Below, one piece after another: positions 37,383-50,358 of a stretch of 64,000 nucleotides of DNA. Position 1 is the stretch's first letter, and each line of letters opens with the position of its first letter. This DNA is from Felis catus (taxonomy: Eukaryota): contig NC_058380.1 of the NCBI RefSeq assembly GCF_018350175.1, positions 86,304,001 to 86,368,000 on the forward strand, in the 5' to 3' direction. The notes under the pieces were generated by a model. The model was not told where the DNA came from. It worked only from the letters and a program-made list of their open reading frames with translations, and did no database searches. The position numbers and the translations under genes were made by a program.

Positions 37383-37572
37383 CTACTGGGTCCTCCACGA
37401 TGGGTGGGCAAACACAATGGGCCTCTTCTTGGCCCAGCGGGAGAACACGGCCTTCTCAGTGATGAAGCGGTGGGCGCTGCGGGGCGCCCGCTCGTGGGCC
37501 AGGTACATCTGACATTCGTCCAGCCGGCCCTTCTCAAAGTAGTGGTAAGGCACCGAGGGGTGGCTCTCCTCC
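37383..37572 (-). CDS. ST6GALNAC4: ST6GALNAC4 last coding exon (EESHPSVPYHYFEKGRLDECQMY...HPSWRTQ*)
   Basis: Sialylmotifs III and VS. Spliced CDS 12+186+413+108+190 = 909 nt gives 302 aa. Confidence 0.96.
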
Positions 37573-38430
37573 CTGCGGGTGGGGAAGAGGGACAGGCGTG
37601 GGGCACCTAAGCTCGCCTGCCTCCCGCCACACCCTGCCACCTACCACAACCAGCCCCTCACCAGGGACTCCCCGCCGGAGCACCCCCATGCCTGGTCCCG
37701 GGGAAGGTCAGGACAGACAGGGGAGGTGCAGGGCAGCCCACGGATCCCAAGGGCCAAGGTTTGACCCTGGCTCTGGCTCTTGTGAGCTGGCCGCTTCTGG
37801 GCTGGAGACGTACTCTGTGAGCATAAATAACCCGTCTGTAAAACGCAGACGGTCACCTGAGACCACGGGTCAAAAAGATGTAAGATTGCAAAGCGCCTTG
37901 CGGGTCCTGGGCTTCCGGTGAGCGTCCCGTCAGTCCCCGCGGCTGCACCCCCACCCGCTCATCAGCACCGTGCACACTGGCCGTCTGGCCCGGGGCCATG
38001 GCAGAGGGCGCCCATGGGCTGTCATCTGGCCCACGTGCTCACCAAGCAAGCTCCAAGAGAACAGAAAACAAAGACCCGGGGCCCGTCCTGTCCCTTGTGC
38101 ACATGTTCCTTACAACAATACTGAACTATTGTGATATCGACGGCAACAGCTTCGACGCAGCTGGTGCCTGATGATGCCCTTCTGAGCACCTCGGTAGATT
38201 TATTCTCTCTCTAAACGTTTCTACAACCTTCTGGGGAAGGTGTGATCGCTCTCTCTTTTACATATGAGGAAAGGGAGGCCCTGGGCCCCAGGGGTGTCTG
38301 AGCCTCAGCCGCCCACGGGGGAGCCCACGCACCCCGTGCCCCAAGCTCCCCCAGGGTGAGGCCAGGACAGGGGGCCCACGGTCCTCCCCGCCCCGGCCTT
38401 TCCTCCTGCCCAGGACCCGGCTGGCCTGAC

Positions 38431-38538
38431 CTGCAGTAGCTGTCGCTGACCATTCCGTAGACCACGATCTCCTCGCACAGCTCCAGGGCAAGGATCATGG
38501 TGAACCAGCCGGTGCTGAGGAAGGAGCCGGACTGTCTC
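38431..38538 (-). CDS. ST6GALNAC4: ST6GALNAC4 exon (RQSGSFLSTGWFTMILALELCEEIVVYGMVSDSYC)
   Basis: Sialylmotif S; 108 nt. Confidence 0.96.
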
Positions 38539-40291
38539 CTGGCGGGAAGGGGAAAAGTCAGCACAGCCGCGTCCCTCCCCAACGCGGGTCTGAGCAAGGA
38601 AGGGGCTGTGCGACAGGCCCAGCCTCAGCTGTCTCGAGGCACAGCGCTGGTCACTCTCCCAGCCAAGGGCCCTCCCCTTGACCCCTACAGAGGGGGCCCT
38701 GGGGAAGGCTGGGGAGGGGACAGAGCCAGCCCGAGATCAGCAGCAGGAAAGGGGTGCAGCTGGACGCCAACCCAGGCTCGTTCAGCCCCTCACCACCCAC
38801 ACGGGGCTTGAGCAAACCCCCAGACGATCGTGTGAGGCCACCGAGCACGGCGGGTGAGAGTGGGGAAGACCCCTGTCTGAATTCAAGTTGGTCTTCAATT
38901 CAAACCCTACATCTGCCCTAGGGTATCAGCTTTGCTCACAAACCTCTCTGAGCCTCGCTGACCCATCTGTGGAATGGGGAGAATTATATAGGTAGTTATG
39001 GGGAGGGGAACCGTCAGCTCAGCACCTCCCCTGGTCCCCACACCCAACTGGGAGCGAGGGACTGTGTGGGCAGCCCAGGGCTCAACTCTCTCAATGCACC
39101 AGCACTGGTTACCCTCCCAGACGAGGGCTACTCACATCCACCTTGACAGAAGGGTTATGGGGTGGCTCACTCTTTCAAACCGGGTGGCCAGGAACCTGCC
39201 ATGGCCGGTGCTAACATTCTCAAGGGAGGGCCAGGAATGTTGAGACAAGAAGGGGACAAAGAATGTCAGGCAGGGAAGGGCACCTTCAGACGGGGTGGTC
39301 ATGGAGGGCTTCTCTGATGAGGTGACATCCCATCCAGACCTGAATAGCAAGAAGGAGTCAGTCACAGGGAGGCGTGAGAGGAGAACATTCTAGACGGAGG
39401 GAAAACATGTATGAGCCCTGCAGGTGAGAACCAGTGTAGAGATGTGAGGAGGCCCAGAGGACGGGCAGGTTGAGAGAAGGGAGATGATGAGATCACGGAG
39501 GCCTCGTAGGAGGCTTACAGGCCAGGGGAGGGGAGGGACGAGAGCCTGGACTTTATTCTCCACGTGAAGGGAAGCCTCCGTCAGGTTGCAGGCGGTGGGC
39601 GCTCAGACTGCAAGGGGGCAAGAGTGGCGGCAGCAAGGGGCTGCTACAAGCGCAGTGGAGGCTGGGGCGTAATGGTGGCTTGGGTCCGGGTGGCACCTGT
39701 GGGCACAGGAGAGTCAAGAGGCCACCATATGCCGCAGGTGATGGAATGAAAGGAGGCGGGTACAAAGCCCAGGTCTCTGGCTGGGAAACTGGAGGCTGGC
39801 GGCCGGATTTTCAGAGCTGTGGTGGGGGTGGGAGGAGCCAGCGTGTGGAGGAGGAGGCTGGGAGGAGTCTGAGTGTGGGATGAAAGGACATCCTCAACGC
39901 AGAGGGCTTAAGGCAGTGCCTGGTGCAGGAAGAGGGCCGTTTCTACCGTCACTGTTACTTCTGTCATCTGGCAGGGACTTCAGAGGCCAATTCAGATCTC
40001 AGGGAGTATCCCCTCCCGAGGCCAGAGCTCCCGACACCGCTCCCCGCGGCAGTGCTCCCCTAGCCTGTGCTCATAAGGCTGGCCACCATAGGGCCTTTTT
40101 GATCTATGTGCTAACTCAACGAACGACAGTCTCTCTGATTCTGTCCCCCATCAGAGGCAGGAGCACGTCTGCCTCCCTCACTGCTGAACCCCAGCGCCCG
40201 GTGGAGCAGACCCGTGATGGACAAGAAGCGGCTTGAGAAGGCAGGTCCCCAGCCAGCAGGGAGACCCCACGCAGGCCGGCCCCAGGCTCAC

Positions 40292-40704
40292 CGGTTCTTG
40301 CCCGTCTCGTCCTGGAAGACCTGGTCGCAGTAGGCCATCATGCGCTCCGTGAAGGTGTAGACCTGCAGGCCCGGGTACATCTTCGTGAGCTGTAGCAGTG
40401 TGCGGTAGGTACGGCCGCCCAGCGCCCGGTCCATGTGCCTGCCCTGGCCCCACACCACGTAGAGCGTGTCACGGGCGTGCTGGAAGTAGTGGGAGTAGTT
40501 GCGCAGCAGCAGGGGCACACTCGTGTGCGAGACCACGCGCAGGGTGCTGCGCCGGCCCACGTCCGCCTCAAAGCCCACGGTGGGTGCCTGGTTCATGCGC
40601 AACACGCACTCGGCACTGTCGATCTCCGCGCCCAGGCCCGAGCCCAGCATCTGGCCGGAGCTGGACACCACGGCACAGCTACGGCATGGTTCCCGGACCA
40701 GTGG
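40292..40704 (-). CDS. ST6GALNAC4: ST6GALNAC4 exon (PLVREPCRSCAVVSSSGQMLG...RMNQAPTVGFEADVG...ETGKNR)
   Basis: Sialylmotif L; 413 nt. Confidence 0.97.
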
Positions 40705-41002
40705 CTGTGGGGAGAGGCAGAGAGGAAGAGAAAGGCATGAGCACACAGCTCCCACATCCCCGTCCCTCCACCCGGTAACAGCCACCGCCTTCACATGGCC
40801 CCTGTATCAGCTGCAAGTATGGCGTCAACCCATTTTGCAGGTAAGGAAATTGAGGCTGGGCCGGGGGAGTGACTTTCCTACGGTCACATGGATAGCAAGT
40901 GGCAGGGCTGAGACTCTGTGTTCAGAGCCCCATGCTTCCTCATCGGCCACCTTCATGTCCCTTTTCCCTATTGCTGAGGCCCTAATACGCCCTCCATCGT
41001 GG

Positions 41003-41220
41003 GTTTTTTTTTTTTTTTAACGTTTATTTATTTTTGGGATAGAGAGAGACAGAGCATGAACGGGGGAGGGGCAGAGAGAGAGGGAGACACAGAATCGGAA
41101 GCAGGCTCCAGGCTCCGAGCCATCAGCCCAGAGCCCAACACGGGGCTCGAACTCACGGACCGCGAGATCGTGACCTGAGCTGAAGTCGGACGCCCAACCG
41201 ACTGAGCCACCCAGGCGCCC
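41003..41220 (-). mobile_element. Young CAN-SINE (SINEC_Fc-like) with TSD CCATCGTGGGTT
   Basis: CpG-rich body with a flanking duplication. Confidence 0.93.
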
Positions 41221-41596
41221 CATCGTGGGTTCTTTATTACGGTTACGTGAGCAAACATTTATAAAGCACTTGAAGCGGTACTTAGCACACACTGGTACCA
41301 GGGGTCATATATGTGCTTGTTAAGTAAACATGAACCTCGGCTCTTCACAATGACTCTCAGGCCACTCCCTCCTCTGCCTGAGCCCCACTCATGTTGTGCC
41401 CGGTTTGTAAGTAAAAGAAGGGTCTTTAGTCTTTAGGGTTTCACAACATTGGGAACGTCTGGCTCGGAGCCTGAATCCTGGTTCTGCCACTTCCTCTGTC
41501 TCTCTGAGCCTCAGTTTCCTCATCTGTCAAATGGGGATGAAAACAGCATTTACTTGACCAGGTTATGAGAGGACTCAATTAAAAATGCCTGGAGAT

Positions 41597-42000
41597 TGGG
41601 GCGCCTGGGTGGCGCAGTCGGTTAAGCGTCCGACTTCAGCCAGGTCACGATCTCGCGGTCCGTGAGTTCGAGCCCCGCGTCGGGCTCTGGGCTGATGGCT
41701 CAGAGCCTGGAGCCTGTTTCCGATTCTGTGTCTCCCTCTCTCTCTGCCCCTCCCCCGTTCATGCTCTGTCTCTCTCTGTCCCAAAAATAAATAAACGTTG
41801 AAAAAAAAAATTAAAAAAAAAAATGCCTGGAGGGGCACCTGGGTGGCTCAGTCGGTTGGAGCCTCTGACTCTTGATTTCGGCTCAGGCCCTGATTCCAGG
41901 GTTGTGGGATCGGGCCCCCGAGTGGGGCTTTGCACTGAGCGTGGGATCTGCTTGAGATTCTGCCTCTCTCTCCCTGCCCCTCTCCCCCACTCATGTGCAT

Positions 42001-42055
<55 letters not shown>

Positions 42056-42300
42056 AACATAATAATTAGGGGTGCCTGGGTGGCTCAGTCAGTTGAGTGT
42101 CTGACTTCGGCTCAGGTCATGATCTCAGGGTTCGTGAGTTTGAGCCCCATTGGGCTCTGTGCTGACAGCTCGGAGCTCGGAGCCTGCTTCGGATTCCGTG
42201 TCTCCCTCTCTCTCTGCCCCTCCCCCACTCATGCTCGGTCTCTCTCAAAAATAAATAAACATTAAAACAATTTTTTTAAATAGTAATTAAAATAAAATAA
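41597..42300 (+). mobile_element. Three tandem/nested CAN-SINEs (41597-41822, 41832-42060, 42068-42290)
   Basis: Three SINEC heads; AAAAATGCCTGGAG duplicated at 41581 and about 41819. Confidence 0.92.
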
Positions 42301-43504
42301 AACTGCCTGGGGAATGATTAGCCCAGACCCAGAGGACAGTGAGGGCCCAACCATCTCATTATCCCCCGAGAGGCTGAAGCTGGGCCAACATGTCTACAAA
42401 TGTTCACTGGCGGTCAGGGGTCAGGGGTCCCAGAAAAAGACTTGCTCCCCACCCCATGTCTCCATGCCCTCCCGAGAGGACACGTGTTTACGATGGCCCT
42501 GTATTCCTCTCTGAGATATTTTACATCAGACCTAATGTTGATTTAGGGACTCACAGGCCCATTTTCCATGCCTCCAAAGACAGCACGATTCCTTTATTCT
42601 GCCCACAGTTTGAGCCTATCATGCCCACTGTGGTCTGTTCAGATCTGAGGTCACTGCTAGCCCCAGGAGATATTCAGCTTGCCCCACGCAAGGGCTTTAA
42701 ACTATTTAACTGCGATCAGATTTTTTTCCGGATATCCAAAACCTGGATTTCTGGCTTCTCTTAAGAAACCCAGAGGATCTGGCCACCTCGAGCCCATATC
42801 CGCATGAGCTCGAGTGTCTGAAATAAACACTGGCCGCCACCACGGAAGATGGGACAGCATCTACCCGGCCCACCCCACCTCTTGTCCCATGTGGCCAAAC
42901 CCCCAGTGGTTTTACATCTTGATCAAATATTTACATGGCACCTGTTGTGAACACTGGCCACGGATCACCCAGTTCGATCAGCAGAGCAACTCTACAGAGG
43001 TACAAACCAGAAGGTTCTTGATTCATCGGTAGAAGCTACCGATGAGGAGGCAACCAAGACTCAGAGAAATGAAGGCCCAAAATACGTCTCCTCCGAGCCA
43101 GGGTCCCTGAACATGCCTCCCTCTGACCTTTGTGCTCAGAGAGCCATCAGACTCAGAGCCGGGAGCTTTCTGTGCCGGGTGTCAGTATGGGATGCCTTTG
43201 AGAAAGCTACCATGGGGGGCCACTGAAATCAGGGTGAGGGGTATAACGTACTCCAATCTGCACCTGGCAGAGCAAGCATGGGGAGGGGGGTGTCATGGGG
43301 CAGGGGCCAAAGCTGCCTCATCACCTCTGAGCTCCAGTGTCCCCGTAGCCCCACGAGAGGGAAAGGTCTGGGGCTGACATGACTTTTCTCTAACATCTCC
43401 ATCCCCAGCAGCGATCATCAGCACGAGACAGGGCGCATCCAAGCACCAAATACACACTTGCCGAATGAATGGCTTATGTGCAAACACAGTTACATCTAAA
43501 GACA

Positions 43505-43700
43505 GGAGCACCTGGGTGGCTCAGGCGCTTAAGCGTCACGATCTCACAGTTCGTGGGTTCGAGCCCCGCGTCAGGCTCTGTGCTGACAGCTCGGAGCCTG
43601 GAGCCTGTTTCAGATTCCGTGTCTCCCTCCCTCTCTGCCCCTCTCCTGCTCATACTCTGTCTCTGTCTCTCTCTCAAAAACAAACATTAAAAAAAAATTT
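43505..43700 (+). mobile_element. CAN-SINE (internally deleted)
   Basis: SINEC head and tail. Confidence 0.88.
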
Positions 43701-43884
43701 TTTTTAAATACATACACAGAATGACACACAGATCACCACGATGTGAAGGTGTCTGTCTCCCCCACCAGACTGGGAGCTCCAGGGGTGAGCACCCTGGCCG
43801 ACTCACCTATTTTACCTCCAGCACCCAGCTGAGAGCAGCCAGACAATATTTACTCAATTAAAAAACAAAAACAAAAACATTTCT

Positions 43885-44105
43885 AGAGCGCCTGGGTGGC
43901 TTATTTGGTTGAGCATCCGACTCTCGATTTTGGCTCAGGTCATGATCCCAGGATGGTGGAATCGAGCCCCCACACTGGGGTCCACACTGAGTGTGGAACC
44001 TGCTTAAGATTCTTTCTCCCTCTTCCTCTGTCCCTCCCCCCTGCTCGTGCTCACTCTCTCTCTCTCTCTCTGGAAAAAAAAAAATTACAAAATAAAAAAA
44101 AAATA
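43885..44105 (+). mobile_element. CAN-SINE
   Basis: SINEC head, CT tract and A tail. Confidence 0.88.
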
Positions 44106-44292
44106 AATCCACTTCCTCTTAGAACTTGGGACTCACAGAGGTGTAGTGACTGCTCAATGTCACACAGCTGGTGAGCAGAGGGGCCAAGCCTGGGGGCCAG
44201 GCTGGCCTGGCACGCGCCTGGTTCTCACTTATGCCCAGAGAGTAGGGGGCACCCTGGCCGGCCTGTCTCGACATGTTGTCCGGCCAGCTCAC

Positions 44293-44478
44293 CTTCCCAT
44301 CTGGCACGCTGCTATATCCGCTGAAGTGCAGGGGCCCTGGCACAGTGGGCCTGGAGTTGGTGGACGGGTGGGGGTCCAGGCAGGGGGCCAGGCAGAAGGA
44401 CAGGCAGGCCCAGCAGCACAGCAGGATGTAGGCAGCTGAGAAGCCCGAGGAGCACAGGATGACAAGCAGGAGCCGACC
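44293..44478 (-). CDS. ST6GALNAC4: ST6GALNAC4 transmembrane/stem exon (GRLLLVILCSSGFSAAYILLCCW...SSVPDGK)
   Basis: 186 nt, phase 0 at both ends. Confidence 0.94.
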
Positions 44479-46000
44479 CTGGGGGAGACAAACAGTCGTG
44501 GGGTATGTGCGGGGGGTGTCCCTGGGGCTCCTCTTAGAAGCTTATGCTGGGGTGCCATGCTCCAGCCTCATGGGTCCAAACCCCAGCTCGGTAGCTTCCA
44601 GAACATCAGCAGAGCCCAGAGTTAACCAGGGCTTCCTCTGGGCTGCTCAGGCCCTGGAGACAAGCCCTTTTATTCCTCCCACGTTCTAGATAAGGGATCC
44701 GGGATGAAAACCCGAGGCCACACAGCATGGAAACAGGATGGGCCCTTCAATCCAGGCTGCAGAGCCCATACCCTTAACCAGAAGCCTAGGTGCACTCTGT
44801 AGCCCTGGGTGCAACTCTCCACCCCTCTGGACCTCTTCCTCTTCTAAAAACTCAGGGCCCGTAGCACCTGTGAGCTCACCGTGAGGCCAGCGGTAACAGT
44901 GCTGTGTAGACTATAATGTGCACAAGAAGACGCAAGAGTGGCCCCTCAGGAGGGCAAACCCTCCTCCTTCAGACCTTGGACTGAGGCCGCCAGGGTGCCC
45001 ATCCCCTGTCCCCTCCCCCAGCTGACTTGGTGCCGGATCTGGATCAGCAGCCCAGGTGAGTAAGGACGATGGCAGAAAGGGAAGTGTCACTCAAGAAATG
45101 GTTTCAGTAATTGACAGCTGCTGGTTCAGAGGCTCCCACCTCCAGAAAACATGCGCCAAAGGCCACGTGAAGCAGGACGCCCTCCGGGGGGCCCGCTGGC
45201 CCTCTTAGGGAGTGCCCCCACCAAGCCTTTCAACGAGGAGCCCCCTGACAGGGGGCACGACCTGCGGCTGCCGTCATGTGCTGGGCCACCCTGGTCACCA
45301 TCTGTGTCTCTCTGGGCTCTAATATTCTCCCAGCCCGCCCAAGGCAGAGGTCCCTCAGCTGGCCCGCAGAACCCACCCAGCAGCTGGCTGGTACTCTGAA
45401 AATTGGAGGTGGGAAATGCAGCTCCCCGCCCCCGCCCCCCTCCCAGGGCATATCCTGCCCGAGGCCCACCCTTCTCTGCCCACAAGCCACATCAGCTTCT
45501 AAAAATAAATCTGTCTGTGGCCAGCTGTGCGGGGGGAGGGGGTTCAGCCCCTGAGGCCTCAGGCTCTGCCCGGCATCTGGTCCCCTGCCCACAAGGGGCC
45601 CAGAGACCCGGATTCCGGCAGTGGTGGTGGACTCCCCACAACATCCAGGGTCCCCTCCCACAACCAGCAGCTCCTGAATAAAGTTGAGGGCAGCTAAACT
45701 GAACTTTCGCACCATATCCCCCTCCCAGGTGGGTGCCTCACCTGGGTGACCTAGGGGATACCCACAAGAGGTAGTACTGTTATCTCATTACAGGGGAGAC
45801 GCACAGGGCACTGAGACCAGAGAGGGAACACCACTTGTCTGAAGCCACACAGCCTGCCAGATCAGGCAGGGCTTTGAGGCCGGTCTCCCCTTCTCAGCTC
45901 AGGAGCAGTGGGGTAAAAGTGAGTCAGTGCTGGGGTGGGAGAGGCTATGAGGCTGCTGTGCCGGAAGTTCCCCAAGAGCCTTCCTCCTTCCACCACTTAC

Positions 46001-46012
46001 CGGAGCCTTCAT
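46001..46012 (-). CDS. ST6GALNAC4: ST6GALNAC4 start (MKAP); whole exon 2 is 46001-46087
   Basis: agcATGAAGGCTCCG|GTAAGT; tggcag acceptor ending at 46088. Confidence 0.92.
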
Positions 46013-46419
46013 GCTGTTGCCGCTGCTCAGCAGCCTGGGGGCTGCTGTCTCCAGGGCTCAGGCTGGGAAGGGGTGGCAGCCAGGCACCTGCCAAGATCCA
46101 GAAACTCAGAGCTAGGTCCCAGGCCCCTGAGGAACCTGCCCAGGGAAACTGAGGCAGGGAAGGGTATGGGGCCAGGGTCAAGGCAAATGGCTTTCGGGAG
46201 TCAAACGCCTTAGAGTCCCCAAACACCGGACAGCGCTGTCCGCATCCTAAAAGAGCTGGTATCAGGTGACCTTCGGGAAACCTCACACCAACCCAATCCC
46301 CATTGTGCAGATGGAGAAAGAGAGGCAGGGAGGGGGAGCCCTCGGCTCAAGGTCACCCATCGAGTCTGGGTCAGTTAGAACCAGCAGCCTGGAGCCCCGA
46401 CTGCCTCCCCATCCTTCCT

Positions 46420-46980
46420 ACCTCCCTACGGGCGGGAGAAACGGAGAGGCCTGAGGCGGGATAGGACGAGAGATTTCCACCCCTCTCCCAGATTCCACCG
46501 CCCCTTCCCCCGGCCGGGAGCTAACCAGACGGGTAGGCTGGGACGCTCCGGCTGTTCTCGATCCACTGCTCGGAGCTCCATGGCCCGCAAACCGGGCGGG
46601 CCGGGCTGGAAGCCTGAGCCCCGGGGCGGAGGCGGCACCGCGGCCGCGGCTTCTGGAGACTGGAAACCGAACGTGCGCCGCCGGCAGCGGGGGCGGGGTC
46701 TGCGAGGACGGGGAGGAGACAGGCGCGCTGGGGGCGGAGCCCGGGAGGAGGGAGGCGGGACCTGCGAGCACCGCCTGCGCGGCTGGGGAGGGAAGTGCGT
46801 GGCTGGCAGCGGGGCCTCCGGGATGGGGGCGGGGCCTGCAGGCCGTGGGCGGAGTCGGAGCTCCCGCATCTCCCCTTTTCTGCCCAACCACGTTTCTCCC
46901 AAGCTCCTGCCGGGGATCCGAGAGAAAAGGCTCAGCGGGGGTGGGAACCAGGGCGCCTCCGTAGCTGCCTAGCCTTCCGG
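46420..46980. promoter_or_regulatory. ST6GALNAC4 promoter CpG island
   Basis: CpG-dense, several GGGGCGGG boxes and an ETS-like GGAAGT. Confidence 0.8.
46526..46700 (-). other. ST6GALNAC4: ST6GALNAC4 non-coding exon 1 (5' end approximate)
   Basis: CTG|GTTAGC donor at 46525 within a CpG island. Confidence 0.6.
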
Positions 46981-47071
46981 ACTTGGGTTTCTCCATTTCT
47001 GAAATTGGGGGGGGTGGGTAGGAAAATTAAGCAGGGGCTTGGGGTCAAGCAGCCCTGGGTTTCAAGCGGGT

Positions 47072-47205
47072 AGGGTTGCCAGATTTAGCAAGTAAAATAC
47101 AGGACACTCCGTTATATTGGAATTTCAGATAAACAGTGTATAATTGTATTAAAAATCTGACGTTCCGGTGTAACGGGGCGTCTTATATTTTCTCTGTCGA
47201 CCCTA
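47072..47205. mobile_element. MER53 palindromic MITE (internally deleted)
   Basis: agggttgccagatttagcaagtaaaatacaggacac...gggcgtcttatattttctctgtcgaccct with terminal inverted repeats. Confidence 0.75.
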
Positions 47206-47601
47206 GCTGGACTGTCTCTGGTGGTGTGACCTACACCTGAGCCTCAGTTTTTCGCCTCTATGAAGTGGGGATAATAACAGCACCTACCTGCCAGTGGTAC
47301 AGTGCAGAGCAGCGGTGACACTGTTAGGATTCGAACCCCGGGCAGTCTCACTGCCACGTAGTGGCCACCTATCTTCACCTCCCAAACACCCCCTCCCAAA
47401 GTGTCCTCCAGACCCCAACCAACTCGGTGTTGCACCCCCACAGAGGCTGCAATGTGTCCCATTTGAAGGCCCAAATGGGGTCCCTTGGGGATTTCAAACT
47501 CTAGCACGGTCAGGAGCCACAAAGGGTCGAAAGAGCAGATATGGGGCAATAGGGAATAGTGAGCCTGTGGTGAAGTAGAGGGCACATTTTCCATCTGAAG
47601 C

Positions 47602-47604
<3 letters not shown>

Positions 47605-47660
<56 letters not shown>
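47605..47660. repeat. (TA)28 microsatellite
   Basis: Perfect TA run. Confidence 0.97.
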
Positions 47661-47662
<2 letters not shown>

Positions 47663-50358
47663 GCTTTATGGGCCAGCATAAAGGTCTTACCTATGGAGGT
47701 CTTACCACCTCCACCACACCCACTTCCCTCTATGTGGCCTTCCCCTGAGATCCAGGCTAGGTTCCTGCTCAGACCCCATTTCAAACTCCATTCACCTTTT
47801 TCTCAAAGGCTCTGACGTGGGCACGATGCCAAGGTATCCACGTTCTGATCCACACCCAGATCAGCAACTTCCCAAGGCTACCTGCTCAGGTGCAAAACCA
47901 AGTTGGCCATGACTCTCCCCATCCTATTGCGGGGAGGGCACGCTGAGGCAAGCCCTGTCCCTGGGCCTCCTCTGAGCATGGGCCTACTTTGTCCCTGCAC
48001 CCTAGCCTGGGCATAGTTCAAGGGTGGTGGCCCAAGTTCAAACTCTCTCTGTGGTCTCCCATTCACACAAGGCCAGGCACACAAAGCCTGAGTCCTTCTG
48101 CCCCTGACCCCCAGTCTTCATCCTTCATGTTTCTCTTCCTCATAGACTCAACCCTAAGGGGACAGTTGTGAGAAATTCCCTACAGATCCATTCATTACCC
48201 ACAACGGCTGGTGACCTGATGTGAGGATTCTTTCTCTAAAGAGGCAACACTCTCCTGGCCACATGGAAACAAGGATGTGCCCAAATGTCCTGGGCTCCCA
48301 GAGCAGATGAGAATCATAAATCCACAGTAGAACTGACACCGGGAAGTCCTGCAGGCTCAGATAAAGCTCTTCAATTTGGTTTTTGCAAAAGTCCACTCTT
48401 TATCCTGACCTACCAGGCCCTGTACAGTCTGAACTCCTGCTTTCTTCTTAATCACCATCTGCTCACCCTGGTCACCCTTCTGACCCCCAATCACACTGAA
48501 CTCATTCCTACCTCAGGACCTTTGCACTTGCTGTATCCTCTACCTGGACTGCTCTATTCACATAGCCAGCTCCTTCCGGCCAGCTCCTTCCGGCCATTCA
48601 GCTCAACTGTCACCTCTTCCAAAAGGCCCTGGCCAACTACTCTATGTGACACTGCATGCCCATCTCTCTAAGTTTCACCTTGATTGGTCTTTTTTGTAGT
48701 AATCATCCAGCACCATGTGCTAGATCATGTCTGTTGAATGAGCAATTTAGGACAACCAGGAGTCCTGGGCCCTGTGAGATCTCGGATAAGTCATGTCGCT
48801 CTCCAGCCTCAGGCTCTGGCTCAGCCCATTGTGAAAGACCCCAGCTAGGTGAGGGGCTGAGTCATGCTTATCTATGAGTGCAGGACTCTCAGGCTCCAGT
48901 CCTGTCAGACCCAGACCCTGGGGAAATGTAGGGCCAAACCTTCTGTGCTGCCCCACAGCACAGTTTCCTCAACCCACCCACCTCCTGAGTGATGACCTTA
49001 AGGCCTCCATGTCTCAACTTCCTGCTGAGCCCAAACAAGAAATTCTCTGTGGCTTGTGCCAGTTCAGAGAGGTTGAATATCACCCAAGGTCACCCAGACA
49101 ACTAGGGGTGAGGACAATTGTACACGCATTCCAGAAGCCCACACTCCAGGGCAGTGGCATTCAACTTCCCTTCCCTCTCCCTTCCCTCCCCACCATTTTT
49201 CTTCATTTCCTCTAAAGGCTAGTGGAATGGCAATGTTCGGTATCAGCTGAAGGGCTTTCCCAAGGTCAAGCTCCAGTCCTGGGGGGTCAGCTCCTGGCCC
49301 ACAAAATCCCACCACCAACACACTGTCCCTCCCACAGTGAGATGTTTCTCCCTCTCAAGTGTTAGGCGCTCTCTCTCACCCCAGACCTTTGCCATGACCT
49401 TGGCCTGACTCCCAGGGCTGCATCGGACTCTTCTGGTCTCAGTTAAAACGTTCGAGTCAAGTTGTTAGGTGGAGGCCCCTTCCCTCAGCACCATGGCCCC
49501 ATGCTCCCTCATGAGGCTCTGTCACACTGGGCTGCTTTTGTCACAATCTCTCCCTAGACTGTGAGTTCTGTGAGGGAGAGAATTGTGGAATCTATGGAAT
49601 CTGTGGATCTTGCTCCCCAGGTCCCCACCACCCAGTAGAGGGCCTGCCACATAGTAGGTGCTCAATAAATATTTAATGAGTTAACGAAGTCCACTTTCAT
49701 CCTTTCCATTTTACAGATTCGACCACTGAAGCACAGAGAGGTTTAGCACCTTGCCCTGGTCACACAGCCAGGCCCCAGAGCAGCTCTAGAGGAGAGGCCC
49801 ACTTGGGTATGGTTGGATTGGGCCAGGGTCAGAGGCCAGGCTGGAGGTTCCTGGAGGAAGGAGAAGGGATGATCAGGGGCTGTGCACGCACTGTGCTTCT
49901 TTGCTGCTGGTATTGTCTGTGCGGCCAGGCCCTTGGTCTGACCACCAACCCCTGTCCCCCTTTCGCAGATGAGAAGAGCGACTTCCAGAGGAAGGAAGAA
50001 CTTACTCAAGATCAATGGTGGGTCCTAACATAGTGTCTTCCAGAGATGCAGCCGCCCCCAAAACCTCCCCTTCTCCTGCCTGCATCCCTAGAGAAGCAGG
50101 AGCCACAGGAACCACCCCAAAAGGCCAGTGGACAGGAGGTAAGGAGACCTGGGATCTTGGGCTGGCCTTTCCACTTACCCATGGGTAAGCCCATTAAAGT
50201 CTCTGGGCCTCAGTTTCCCCATCTGGACGACAAAGGGGCTTGGCTGGAGCCTTCAGCCTACACCATTCCCCAGAGCATGAAGACAGGGCTAAGGGAGCTG
50301 GTGGGTAAGAATACAGGCTCCTGAGTCCAAAAGGCATAGTCGAGTCCTGGTTCCAGCA

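Noticed and set aside
41597-41680. tRNA-like A and B boxes at SINE heads
   Set aside because: tRNA-derived SINE heads followed by CT tracts and A tails, not tRNA genes.
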